Notes under the pieces: generated by a model
What the model was told of the DNA's origin: nothing
The model's database searches: none
Seen by the model: only the letters and a program-made list of their open reading frames with translations
Shown here: one piece after another, positions 18,501-27,900 of the stretch
Layout: each line of letters begins with the position of its first letter
How positions within the stretch are numbered: position 1 is the first letter of the stretch
Source of the DNA: Elusimicrobiota bacterium
GTDB taxonomy: Bacteria; Elusimicrobiota; Elusimicrobia; UBA1565
Reading direction: 5' to 3'
DNA: 64,000 bases
Assembly (NCBI GenBank): GCA_043827405.1
Contig: JBDRPD010000083.1
Location: 192,001-256,000, forward strand
Program-made: the position numbers and the translations under genes

Positions 18501-20284
18501 CGCCGCGGCGCATTATCGAAGCCGGTCTTTGGCTCGTCGCCGTCGGCGTTCCTCTTGCCTGGAGCGATAAGTTCTATGCCGAGTACGTCCTGCCGAAACT
18601 TGTCGTTCTGACCGCGGGACTGCTCATCGCCGCAGGGGGCTGCGTTTTCGCGGTATTGCGCGGCGAACGGGTCATCCGCCGAACGGGGCTGGAATGGCCG
18701 ATCCTCGTTCTGGGCGGGGCGCTCGCCCTCTCCTGCGCCCGCTCGGTCGATCCGATCTCCAGCGCGCTTGGCCACTACAATGACTATACGCACGGTTTAT
18801 GGCCGCTGCTCCTGCTGGCGGCGCTGAGCTGGCTCGCCGCCTGGGGGGGCTCCGGCGGTATGCGGCGGCGGGTTTTGACGGTATCGGTCGCCACGGCCGT
18901 TCTGGTCGCCGCTTACGCCGTCCTCCAGGCGCTCGGTGTGGAGATCTTCGCGCGCGCCGGAGATATTATCGCCGGGCGCGCGGTTTCATTTATCGGGAAC
19001 GCGGTATTTCTCGGCGCGTATCTGGCGGTTGTTTTGCCTGTGGCGCTGCATTTTGCGGTCACGGCCGATGGCAAGGCCCGTGTTTGGGCCGTTTTCGGGT
19101 TTCTGGGGATCGGCGCGGGAATCGTCGCGACAACGTCAAGAGGCGCTCTCCTGGCGGCCGTCTGCGCCGGCGCCGCTTACCTGATAATGAGCCGCCGTCT
19201 GAAAATGCCGAAGCTCAGCCGTCCGCAGCTGCTCGCCGCCGCGGCGGCGGCCTTGGTCATATCGTCTATGGCAGGTGTCCGGTTTATGTCGCGCGATACC
19301 ACGCGGGCCAATCAGGCGCGGATCGCGCTGTGGGAGATCGGCTGGAAAGCTTTTCGGGAAAAACCGCTTCTCGGATCGGGCCCCGATACCTTCGAGTGGG
19401 GTTTTCGCCGGCATCGTACGGAATCCTATATTCGTGCCCGCCGGCCGAAAGAGTATATGACCCATGCGCATAATGACTTGCTGCAGGCGCTTTCGACTTT
19501 AGGCGTTCTCGGCTTTGCGGCCTATCTCTTCGCGGTCCTTTCGCTGGCGCTGTTCGGCTGGCGGCGCTTGCGGCGTGAGGGAGGCCGGGAGGGGGCGGAC
19601 CCCGCGCTTCTCGCGGCGCTCTTGGCGCTTTTTATCGTCATGAAGTTTAATCCGCCGTATATCGCGGCCCTAACGCTGGCCGCTCTCTATTTGGGGCTCC
19701 TATGCGCGGATGAGGATGGGGAGCGTCGTCCCATCGACGCCGGCGGTATGCGCTTCGCGATCGCCGGCGCCTTCCTGCTGTTTACGGCGGGGTCGGTTTG
19801 GCTTTCCTGCCGGCTGGCCGGCGCGGACTGGTATTTCAAGCGGGCTTTGGTCAATGAGGCGCTTGATCGACCCGACTATGCGCTGGCGCACTATCGAAAA
19901 GCCGCGCGGCTTAACCGGTGCGAGCTCAGATACCGCATGAAGATGGTCAATCATCTGCTCTCGCTCGCCTCCCGCTTGCCCGCGGGGAGCCGCCGTTCGG
20001 CGCTCATCGATGAGCTCGCCGCGAGCGCGCGGGAAGCGAAGGCCTGCCGCCCGCAGAGCATGCATGCCTATCATATCGACGGCATCGTCGAGCTCGCGCA
20101 GGTGCAGTCGGGACGCGCCGAGCGTCTGACGAACGCCCAGGCCGCGCTCGACCGGGGCTTGCAGCTGGATCCGCTCAACGCGGCGCTGCTGCGCGCGCGC
20201 GGGAAGGCGGCGTATTTCGGCGGAGATATGCAGGCCGCGCAGCTCTTCGCGCGGCGTGCGCAGCGCCTCGAGACCCTGCGCTAG
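18482..20284 (+). CDS. O-antigen ligase (Wzy_C) family membrane protein with C-terminal TPR
   Basis: SRGALL, RIALW...PLLGSGPDTF, HAHND; TPR-like tail. Confidence 0.85.
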   Translation: MGNTKLAPRRIIEAGLWLVAVGVPLAWSDKFYAEYVLPKLVVLTAGLLIAAGGCVFAVLRGERVIRRTGLEWPILVLGGALALSCARSVDPISSALGHYNDYTHGLWPLLLLAALSWLAAWGGSGGMRRRVLTVSVATAVLVAAYAVLQALGVEIFARAGDIIAGRAVSFIGNAVFLGAYLAVVLPVALHFAVTADGKARVWAVFGFLGIGAGIVATTSRGALLAAVCAGAAYLIMSRRLKMPKLSRPQLLAAAAAALVISSMAGVRFMSRDTTRANQARIALWEIGWKAFREKPLLGSGPDTFEWGFRRHRTESYIRARRPKEYMTHAHNDLLQALSTLGVLGFAAYLFAVLSLALFGWRRLRREGGREGADPALLAALLALFIVMKFNPPYIAALTLAALYLGLLCADEDGERRPIDAGGMRFAIAGAFLLFTAGSVWLSCRLAGADWYFKRALVNEALDRPDYALAHYRKAARLNRCELRYRMKMVNHLLSLASRLPAGSRRSALIDELAASAREAKACRPQSMHAYHIDGIVELAQVQSGRAERLTNAQAALDRGLQLDPLNAALLRARGKAAYFGGDMQAAQLFARRAQRLETLR

Positions 20285-20580
20285 CCGAGCTTCTTTTGTA
20301 CGCTCGCGACCTTATCCTGCATGGACTGCGCGCGGTCGGTGCGGGTGCCGAATTTCAGCGTCGAAGAGATGCGCGGCGCGCCCAGCTCGTGGACCTTCTC
20401 GTGGCAGCGCTTGACCGCGGCGAAGACGGCGTCCCAGTCGCCCTCGATATTGGTGCCGTAGGAATGCAGCTGATATTTGAGCCCCGCCTCAGCGAGCACT
20501 TTCTGGCAGGCCGCGACGTATTTGGATACCGATACGCCCACGCCCATGGGGACGACGCATAGATCGGCGATAACCTTCAT
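20281..20580 (-). CDS. MTH1187/YkoF-like thiamine-binding protein
   Basis: SVSKYVA, GTNIEGDWD, CHE, GTRTD. Confidence 0.9.
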   Translation of the reverse strand: MKVIADLCVVPMGVGVSVSKYVAACQKVLAEAGLKYQLHSYGTNIEGDWDAVFAAVKRCHEKVHELGAPRISSTLKFGTRTDRAQSMQDKVASVQKKLG

Positions 20581-20660
20581 TGGAGAACCTCCACCCGCAA
20601 AGCATACGATATAAAAACCGCCCCCGCGCTGACGCGCGAGGGCAATGAAAATGCAAGCGC

Positions 20661-20689
20661 TTGACAGGGGGCGCGGTATTCTGGATAAT
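20661..20689 (+). promoter_or_regulatory. Sigma70 promoter for the lipoprotein-caspase genes
   Basis: TTGACA-17 bp-GATAAT; AGGAG RBS before 20731. Confidence 0.65.
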
Positions 20690-20730
20690 CGAATGGTCGG
20701 GTTTCCCGTTATCTCCCCTTAGGAGTTATT

Positions 20731-21084
20731 ATGATCAAAAAGAAGTTCATGCCGTTCATCGGCCTGGTAGCCGTGGCCGCGTTCCTGGCGTCCTGCACCA
20801 CCATGCCCGTATCGCTGTCGCCGTCCTCGACCTATATCGCGCCCAACGATACGGTGACCGAGGTCGGACCGGTTTCCGGCTCCGCCTTTACCGTTTTCAT
20901 CTTCGGCCTGCCGATCGGCGAGCAGGAGCAGATCGCTCCCGCGTTGAAGAGGGCGCTGAAGAGCTCCGGCTCGGATGCGATCATCGAGGTGAAGACGGAG
21001 TTCAAGACCTACAACTTCATGCTTTTCCACGTGTTCCGCACCCGGGTCTACGGTACCGGCGTAAAGATTCAGAAAGGCGGCTGA
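20731..21084 (+). CDS. Small lipoprotein, TRL/Bor-like
   Basis: Lipobox LASC; GSAFTVFIFGLP...DAIIEV...TRVYGTGVK pattern. Confidence 0.7.
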   Translation: MIKKKFMPFIGLVAVAAFLASCTTMPVSLSPSSTYIAPNDTVTEVGPVSGSAFTVFIFGLPIGEQEQIAPALKRALKSSGSDAIIEVKTEFKTYNFMLFHVFRTRVYGTGVKIQKGG

Positions 21085-21169
21085 GGCCGGTCTGAGCCGT
21101 TTCGCCGCCGCGCCCGCACAACGCGTCAGCGTTGTGCGGGCCGGTGTCGTTTAAGTGGAGGGGGGAGCC

Positions 21170-22621
21170 ATGCGTACGCACCTGCGATATATCGCCGTTC
21201 TATCCGCCGTCATGGTTTCGGCCGGCTGTACCGCGGCCCTGCGGCCGCTGATGATCGCCGAGCCCCCCGCGTCGGTTAAGCGTGTGGAGCCGCTGGACGA
21301 GAAGATTCCCCTGCCGGTGGACGTCGTGATCAAGGCGCCGGAGAGCATGCCCATCGTGGGGGGCAAGTACACCTATTCCCTCAAGCATGTGCTGGAGAAA
21401 TCCTTCAAAAACGCGGCGGGGGCGATCTTCGATGGCGCCGGCGGCACCGGAGAGTACAGCTACCGGCTCGAGGTCACCGCGCGCTCGTCGCAGCTGCAGG
21501 CGCTCGGCCTGGCCAAGGATCAGGCCGAGTTCAGCGCCGTTATCGTCAGCAAGCTGATTAACCCCGACGATAAGGTGCTGGAGAACAAGACCTATTCCGG
21601 CAGGAAGCAAAGCTCCTTCGATAAGGCCAATACTCCGGACGCCGTATGGGAAGTCTGCTATACCGCCGCCGGCGAGCTCGCCGACAGCATTCGCCAGGCC
21701 CGGTGGCTGCGCAAGGCGCGGACCCAGGTTTACGGCGCGGCGCCGACCTCGGCGGCGCAGATGCAGGCCATGATCAACGCGGCCGCAAAAAGCGCGGCGG
21801 CCAACCAGCCGGCGGCGAAAAAGAAAGAGCGCGTCTACAAGTCCGACATCGACAACCCGACATACAAGAGCGCGGAGCGCCCGGACGACTTCGCGCTGGT
21901 CATCGGCATCACCCAGTACTCCTCTATTCCCGAGGCCTCATTCGCCGAGCGCGACGCCGAGGCGATGAAGAAGCACCTGATTGCGCAGGGCTTTCCGGAG
22001 CGCAATGTGGTGCATCTGGTCGGCAGCAAGGCCACCCGGACCGGCATCAAGAAGTACCTGGAAGAGTGGCTGCCGCGCAACGTCACGGATAAGAGCCGCG
22101 TCTTCTTCTACTTCTCCGGCCACGGGGCGCCGGATACCGACAGCAAGGAAGCCTTCATGGTGCCGTGGGACGGCGACCCGAACTTCCTCAAGAGCACCGC
22201 CTACTCGATGAACGACCTCTACGCCCGGCTCTCCGAGCTCAAGGCCAAGGAGGTCGTGGTGGCGCTCGACGCCTGCTTCTCCGGGTCGGGCGGCCGCTCG
22301 GTGCTGGCCAAAGGGGCGCGGCCGCTGGTGATGAATGTGGACACGGGCAAGATCCTCGACGACAAGCTCACGGTGTTCGCGGCGGCCGGGGACACGCAGA
22401 TCACCAGCGCCCTCGACGACCAGGGCCACGGCATCTTCTCCTACTACTTCATGAAGGGGCTGGCCGGGGACGCCAAGGACTCCTCGGGGAAGGTCACGGC
22501 GCAGGGGCTCTTCGACTACCTGCAGCCGAAGGTCGCCGACGCGGCGCGCCGGCAGAACCGCGAGCAGACGCCGGCGCTGCGGGGCGGCGATAAGGGCCGC
22601 GTGCTGGGCTCTTTTAAGTAG
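21170..22621 (+). CDS. Caspase-family (peptidase C14) lipoprotein, catalytic dyad intact
   Basis: Lipobox SAGC; FYFSGHG, LDACFSG, EQTP. Confidence 0.88.
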   Translation: MRTHLRYIAVLSAVMVSAGCTAALRPLMIAEPPASVKRVEPLDEKIPLPVDVVIKAPESMPIVGGKYTYSLKHVLEKSFKNAAGAIFDGAGGTGEYSYRLEVTARSSQLQALGLAKDQAEFSAVIVSKLINPDDKVLENKTYSGRKQSSFDKANTPDAVWEVCYTAAGELADSIRQARWLRKARTQVYGAAPTSAAQMQAMINAAAKSAAANQPAAKKKERVYKSDIDNPTYKSAERPDDFALVIGITQYSSIPEASFAERDAEAMKKHLIAQGFPERNVVHLVGSKATRTGIKKYLEEWLPRNVTDKSRVFFYFSGHGAPDTDSKEAFMVPWDGDPNFLKSTAYSMNDLYARLSELKAKEVVVALDACFSGSGGRSVLAKGARPLVMNVDTGKILDDKLTVFAAAGDTQITSALDDQGHGIFSYYFMKGLAGDAKDSSGKVTAQGLFDYLQPKVADAARRQNREQTPALRGGDKGRVLGSFK

Positions 22622-23354
22622 CCGCCGGATTTTTCGTCAGGTGGGCGGCGAACAGGCGCCGCAGCTGCTTGAGCTCCCTCGACTTAAGCGCCAGCGAGGT
22701 GATGCCGGCGAAGCAGTCGAGCAGCACCATGGCGTTGAGCACCGCGTCTTTTTTGCAGACCCGCTGCAGCCGGCCGACGAAGTGCTGGTTGACGTCCCGG
22801 ATGTTCTCCATTAGGGCGGCCAGTCCGTGCATCTCCCAGTCGGGCGTCTCGCCGTCGCGCAGATGAAAATACTGCGCCAGCATATACATCGACAGCACCC
22901 GGTACATGGTCTCCTCGTGCGTGGCGAAAGGCAGGTGGGTGCGCGCCATGGGGCGCAGCTTATCGAGCACGGGGCAGCCGCTCGATACCATGTAGAGGCC
23001 GAGCAGCGCGCTGATGCCGTCGGAGACCGGCGCCCGCTTGGCGAACTTGCGGGTCGCCGTCGAGATGTTGATCTGGGCGAGAGCGGTGGACGGCACCTCC
23101 TTGAAGTAGTCGACGATGTCGACGATGCTTTCCGCTACCGGGCAGCGCGGGCGCTGGGTTTTGGTCAAGGCGCAGCTGGGGCACTGGCTGTTGTCGAGTA
23201 AAGTCCACTCGGGGTATTTTCCGCGCGGTTCGCGCAGCAGCTCCAGAGAATGCTCGTCGAGGCGGATGACGAAGTCTTTCTTTTTTCCGCCCGCGAACTT
23301 GAAGCTGTAGCGGAATTCCAGCTCGTCGATGTCCGAGATGTCGTGTTTGGGCAT
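22614..23354 (-). CDS. Conserved Cys-containing hypothetical protein (DUF6901-like)
   Basis: WT.L...QCPSC...CP, SSGCP...RPMARTHLPFA. Confidence 0.7.
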   Translation of the reverse strand: MPKHDISDIDELEFRYSFKFAGGKKKDFVIRLDEHSLELLREPRGKYPEWTLLDNSQCPSCALTKTQRPRCPVAESIVDIVDYFKEVPSTALAQINISTATRKFAKRAPVSDGISALLGLYMVSSGCPVLDKLRPMARTHLPFATHEETMYRVLSMYMLAQYFHLRDGETPDWEMHGLAALMENIRDVNQHFVGRLQRVCKKDAVLNAMVLLDCFAGITSLALKSRELKQLRRLFAAHLTKNPAAT

Positions 23355-23397
23355 GGCCCATTGTAGCTGGCAGGGGAGGGGGCTGGCAAGCGCCCCG

Positions 23398-24054
23398 TTA
23401 ACGAGCGATCGCGTCCCAGATCGGTTTGCCGAGGAACGAGGCGAGCGTTTGCGCGTCCTCGCGCAGACGCTCGCGATCACCGTGGTCGGCGACGTTGACG
23501 CGGCTCGCGTCGTCGAGAATGAGGTTCAGTTCGTAGCTGTAGTAGGAGGAATTTTTTCCGGTGCAGCGTTCGGAGATCAGCTGCAGGGCGTGGATGCGGC
23601 TCAGCTCGATATAGTCCTTCGGCGGCGCCGCGCCCGCGGCTCCGCGATAGAACAGCGAGCGCGTGCGGTCGAAGACGAGCGGTTTCGCGTTCGCATGGAG
23701 CATGCCGCCTCCGACCGCGGCAAAGACCGCGCCTACCAGGACGGGGATGAGCGCGCCCCAATCGTGGCCGGGAGCCTCCACGAAGAAGAAGAGGTTGATG
23801 CCCAGAGTGACGGCGCCCAGGCCCATGAGCAGAAAGACCATGGCGAACAGCTTCATCCCGATCGTCGGCCGGAATTCGAACCGGCCGGGCCCGGCTTCGT
23901 GCAGCTTGCTGGTGCAGAAATTGGCGCCGCCGCCCTTGGCGGGAGTCCATTGGGTCCGCTCGGCGAGCGGGTCGTTGAAGCTTTTGGGATCTACCGGCGT
24001 CGGTGTGCGGACGAGCTTTTGCAGCTGCGCCATCAGTGCTTTGAGCATATCCAC
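23398..24054 (-). CDS. Hypothetical 2-TM membrane protein
   Basis: WTPAKGGGANF, two TMs, YSYELNL...FLGKPIWD. Confidence 0.75.
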   Translation of the reverse strand: MDMLKALMAQLQKLVRTPTPVDPKSFNDPLAERTQWTPAKGGGANFCTSKLHEAGPGRFEFRPTIGMKLFAMVFLLMGLGAVTLGINLFFFVEAPGHDWGALIPVLVGAVFAAVGGGMLHANAKPLVFDRTRSLFYRGAAGAAPPKDYIELSRIHALQLISERCTGKNSSYYSYELNLILDDASRVNVADHGDRERLREDAQTLASFLGKPIWDAIAR

Positions 24055-24199
24055 AGGATGGAAGAACGGCGGTGATCCGTCAAGGGAGGGTAACTTGTCG
24101 GCAATTACAGAATTTCGATATAACCGCTGGATGCCATGTGTCGCCGCCGGATTATTGCCTTCCTAATCCGGTTAAGCGGATATTTTGCAATAATGGCTG

Positions 24200-25627
24200 A
24201 TGAAAAAGAGTCTTTCACTGCTGATCTCCGTCGTTCTCCTGCTCCCCGGCTGTGCCTCCACCCCGCTGCCGGTGGATCCTTTCGGCGGACTGGTTCCCGA
24301 TTCTCCTTACAAGGACATGACCCTCGCCCTCATGATCTCCGAGAACACCAAGCAGGCCATCGAGTACGGCCGCATGGGCCGCAAGTGGGCCCGCAGGCTG
24401 GGCGGCTTTGATTTCGATCCGGAGGGACTCGCCGAAGACATCACCGGCATGCTCCAGCGAGACTTCAAGAAGGTCATCCGGGCCGAGCAGCTGGCGGATG
24501 CTGCTCCCGCGGGAGCCGACCTGGTCGCCGTCCTCGACATCAGGGCGCCGAAGTTCAAGGCCGACCTTCGCTACGCTTGGTGGCTCGCCTTTTTTCCCGC
24601 CTTCTGCCTCATCCTCGCGATCGGTCAACCCACGAAGATAACCGTGGACAACGGGGCCGTCTTCCTCACCCCTGACGGTCGGCAGGTGGAGTCCATCCGG
24701 GTCGTTCATCTTTATCGGCGGCTCGGCAAGATGGATGTTAAGATTCATAACGCCTACCTCCAGGCGCGCTACAACCTCGAGCGTGATATGCTGGCCTCCG
24801 AGACCCTGCGGAACTACGCTAAGTCGGTCCGCGCGCAGGGAGCGGCCGCCGCGGCCGCCGGGCTATCCGCAATCCACTCCGACGTGGACCGTCCCGCCTA
24901 CCTGCACCCGGTGGACGAGAATCTCTTCGCCGTCGTTATCGGCGTGGACGCCTATGACCATGCGCCGCGGGCTGAATACGGCGAGCGCGACGCGCAAGCG
25001 GTGCGCGACCACCTTCTCGCTCTGGGTTACCCGCAGCGCAATATCGCCTTTGCCACCGGAACGCGTGCGGGTCGGGCGGCCATCGAGAAATACGTCGAGT
25101 CGTGGCTGCCCGAGCGTGCGGGAGCCGGCGCCAAGGTGCTGTTCTACTTCGCCGGCCATGGCGCCCCGGACGTCTCGACCGGGGAGGCTTACCTCCTGCC
25201 GCATGACGGCGATCCCAAATTCCTGGGAAATACCGGCTATCCGGTGAAGCGGTTGTATGAAAAGCTCTCGGCGCTGAAAGCCGGGCAGGTCGTCGTGGCC
25301 ATGGACGCGGGCTTCTCGGGAACCGGGGGGCGCTCGGTGCTCCCCCAAGGCGCTCGTCCTCTTATCACCGAAGTGCGGGACCCCGTGCCCCAGAAGCTCG
25401 CAGTGCTTGAGGCCGCGTCTTCGTCGGAGATCGCCGGAGTCGCGCAGACGCAGGGTCACGGGCTGTGGACTTATCACTTTCTCAAGGCGCTGCAGGAGAC
25501 CAAGGGGAAAGCAGGACTCGGCGACCTGCATGAGCGGGCCGCCAAGGGAATAGCCGACGCGGCCCGGCGCGAAGGCCGCGATCAGACGCCGCGCCTGCTG
25601 CGGGGCCGCGGGGCAAGGTTGAGGTGA
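24200..25627 (+). CDS. Caspase-family lipoprotein with catalytic Cys replaced by Gly
   Basis: Lipobox LPGC; FYFAGHG but MDAGFSG; DQTP. Confidence 0.85.
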   Translation: MKKSLSLLISVVLLLPGCASTPLPVDPFGGLVPDSPYKDMTLALMISENTKQAIEYGRMGRKWARRLGGFDFDPEGLAEDITGMLQRDFKKVIRAEQLADAAPAGADLVAVLDIRAPKFKADLRYAWWLAFFPAFCLILAIGQPTKITVDNGAVFLTPDGRQVESIRVVHLYRRLGKMDVKIHNAYLQARYNLERDMLASETLRNYAKSVRAQGAAAAAAGLSAIHSDVDRPAYLHPVDENLFAVVIGVDAYDHAPRAEYGERDAQAVRDHLLALGYPQRNIAFATGTRAGRAAIEKYVESWLPERAGAGAKVLFYFAGHGAPDVSTGEAYLLPHDGDPKFLGNTGYPVKRLYEKLSALKAGQVVVAMDAGFSGTGGRSVLPQGARPLITEVRDPVPQKLAVLEAASSSEIAGVAQTQGHGLWTYHFLKALQETKGKAGLGDLHERAAKGIADAARREGRDQTPRLLRGRGARLR

Positions 25628-25631
25628 GTCG

Positions 25632-26519
25632 ATGAAATACTGGATTATTCTGGCTGCCGCGGCCCTAAGCGCCTGCTTCCCGCCGCCGGCCACTCGCGAC
25701 CCGTTCGCCGGACTGGAGCTCGCCCCCGCCGCTCCCGGCGCCGCCGCTCCCAGGCGCAGCTACAGTTCGGATGCGGACGAGCCGAGCTACAAGCTTAAGG
25801 AGCAAGAGGACCGCTACGCCGTGGTAGTGGGGATCGAGGACTATGAGGGTCTGCCGAGCGCCGACTTTGCGGAGCGTGACGCGCGCTCGGTGAGGGCGCA
25901 TCTCCTCGCTCTTGGCTACCCCGAGAGGAACGTCGTCCTCCTCACCGGGCGTGCGGCCGGCCGGGCGGCGATCGAAAAATACGTGGAGTCATGGCTCCCC
26001 GACCGGGTGAATGATCGCTCGAGAGTCCTGTTCTACTTTTCGGGCCACGGCGCTCCGGACATCAAGTCGGGCTCCTCTTATCTTCTGCCCTGGGACGGCG
26101 ACCCGAAGTATCTCGGCAATACCGCCTATCCGCTCCGGCGCCTCTACAAGCAACTCGACTCCCTCCAGGCCCGGCAGGTGGTGGTGGCTCTCGACGCCTG
26201 CTTTTCGGGCGCCGGAGGCCGATCGGTCCTGCCGAAGGGAGCGCGGCCGCTGGTCATGAAAGTGGACGACGGATCGAAGGGTACCGGGCGGCTTGTCGTT
26301 CTGGCGGCTTCCCGCGGGGATGAAATCACCGGGAGCGACGAGAAGCAGGGCCACGGCCTGTTCACCTACTATCTTCTTAGCGGGCTGAACAATCGCCGGA
26401 CTTCGGTGCAGGCCCTGTACGAGTATCTGACGCCCCTCGTTCGCGACGCCGCGCGCGCCGACAACCGTGATCAGACCCCGCAGCTTCTCGGCCCGGCGCA
26501 AGGCGTCGACCTCCGGTAG
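25632..26519 (+). CDS. Caspase-family lipoprotein, minimal form, dyad intact
   Basis: Lipobox LSAC; FYFSGHG, LDACFSG, DQTP. Confidence 0.88.
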   Translation: MKYWIILAAAALSACFPPPATRDPFAGLELAPAAPGAAAPRRSYSSDADEPSYKLKEQEDRYAVVVGIEDYEGLPSADFAERDARSVRAHLLALGYPERNVVLLTGRAAGRAAIEKYVESWLPDRVNDRSRVLFYFSGHGAPDIKSGSSYLLPWDGDPKYLGNTAYPLRRLYKQLDSLQARQVVVALDACFSGAGGRSVLPKGARPLVMKVDDGSKGTGRLVVLAASRGDEITGSDEKQGHGLFTYYLLSGLNNRRTSVQALYEYLTPLVRDAARADNRDQTPQLLGPAQGVDLR

Positions 26520-26570
26520 GCCGAAGCGGCAAGTATTGCCCGGCGGCGAAAAAAACGATATATTCGCGGC

Positions 26571-27233
26571 ATGAGCGCGAGCCCGAACAAATGCCCCAAA
26601 TGCGGCGGCCTACGCGGCCAGTGGGACCGCGAGTGCCGCGCCTGCGGCTTCGTCTACGCCGAGATCGAGAAGGTGAAAGAGGTCGAGGCGCGGAAAATAC
26701 AGGAGCTGGCCGCCGGCTGTCCGGCCTGCAAGGCTCCGCGCAAGGAAGGGGATGTCGACTGCCCGCAGTGCGGCGTCGTCTACGCCAAGATCAAGGCCCG
26801 CGAGGACGCGGCGCGCAAGGCCGATGAGGAGCGGGTCGCGGCCATCCGCGGCGAGGCCGAGAATAGGAGTTCGGTGGATGTCTCCTCTACTTTGCGAGAG
26901 CTGGGCCCCGGTCCGGAGGGGCCGCAGAAGCAGCGGCCGGGCTGCCTGACGGCGATCCTTTTCATGATGATCGTCGTCAACAGCCTCGGCGGCATCGGGG
27001 CCGTCATGATGGGCAAGCCCCTCTATATCCTGTCGTCGGGGTCGCTGGTGCTCTTCGCGATCGCGGCGCTCATGTGGAAGCGCTGGGGCGTGATCGGCAT
27101 CTACTTCCTCTACGTGATCGACATGATCATGATTTTCGTGCTCGGGGTGCCCAAGTTCTTCATCGTCTGGGACATCGTCGGGCTCGCCGTTTTCATGAGC
27201 TTCGTCCGGCCCGTTCTGTATCACTTCGAATAG
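26571..27233 (+). CDS. Zinc-ribbon x2 plus 4-TM membrane protein
   Basis: CPKC/CRAC and CPAC/CPQC pairs; C-terminal hydrophobic helices after RPGCLT. Confidence 0.75.
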   Translation: MSASPNKCPKCGGLRGQWDRECRACGFVYAEIEKVKEVEARKIQELAAGCPACKAPRKEGDVDCPQCGVVYAKIKAREDAARKADEERVAAIRGEAENRSSVDVSSTLRELGPGPEGPQKQRPGCLTAILFMMIVVNSLGGIGAVMMGKPLYILSSGSLVLFAIAALMWKRWGVIGIYFLYVIDMIMIFVLGVPKFFIVWDIVGLAVFMSFVRPVLYHFE

Positions 27234-27247
27234 CGTCTTTGGGCCGC

Positions 27248-27281
27248 TTGACAGATAGGATTACATCTGTAATCCTATCTG
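27248..27281 (+). promoter_or_regulatory. lexA promoter with palindromic operator candidate
   Basis: TTGACA at 27248; CAGATAGGATTACA-TC-TGTAATCCTATCTG perfect inverted repeat at 27252-27281. Confidence 0.8.
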
Positions 27282-27285
27282 GGAT

Positions 27286-27900
27286 ATGGCCAAAGACCTG
27301 ACCGGACGCCAGCGCAGCATTCTCGACTTCATCGCCAAAAGCGTGCGCGAGGCCGGCGTGACGCCGACCTTGCGTGAGATCGCCCGGCATTTTTCGGTGA
27401 CGGCCGGCGGGGTGCAGAAACAAATCCGGGCGTTGGAGGCCAAGGGGGTCCTGCGGCGGACGCCGGGCGCGGCGCGAGGGCTGCGGGTCGCCGCGCGGCG
27501 GGAGACGGATATGCCGCCGCGCCTGCCGGTCCTCGGCTTCGTCCCGGCCGGCGTTCCGGCCGAAGCGATCGAGAACGTGGAAGGGTATCTGAGCCTCGAC
27601 TCCGCGGTGGCCAAAAACGCCGACTATCTGCTGCGCATCAAGGGCGACAGCATGGCCGACGAGTTCCTGCCCGGCGATCTGGTCTTCGTGCGCCAGACCG
27701 CGACCGCGGACAACGGCGACGCGGTCATCGCCCGCGTCGAGGGCGACGAGGCCACGGTCAAGCGCTTGCGCCGGAGCGGCCGGGAGAGTTGGCTTGAGCC
27801 GGCCAATCCCCGCTATCCGCCGCTGCGGGACAAGCCGTTTGCGATCATCGGCAAGGTCGTGGGACTGGTGCGGAGCTATGGGCGTCGAAAAGGTCGATGA
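27286..27900 (+). CDS. lexA: LexA repressor
   Basis: LTGRQ..IL..I, PTLREIA wHTH; AG cleavage site (VPAG); GDSM Ser and TVKR Lys dyad. Confidence 0.92.
   Translation: MAKDLTGRQRSILDFIAKSVREAGVTPTLREIARHFSVTAGGVQKQIRALEAKGVLRRTPGAARGLRVAARRETDMPPRLPVLGFVPAGVPAEAIENVEGYLSLDSAVAKNADYLLRIKGDSMADEFLPGDLVFVRQTATADNGDAVIARVEGDEATVKRLRRSGRESWLEPANPRYPPLRDKPFAIIGKVVGLVRSYGRRKGR

Noticed and set aside
21112..21141. 13-bp-stem hairpin between the small lipoprotein and first caspase gene as terminator or riboswitch
   Set aside because: No U-tract or aptamer features; at most an mRNA-stabilising hairpin
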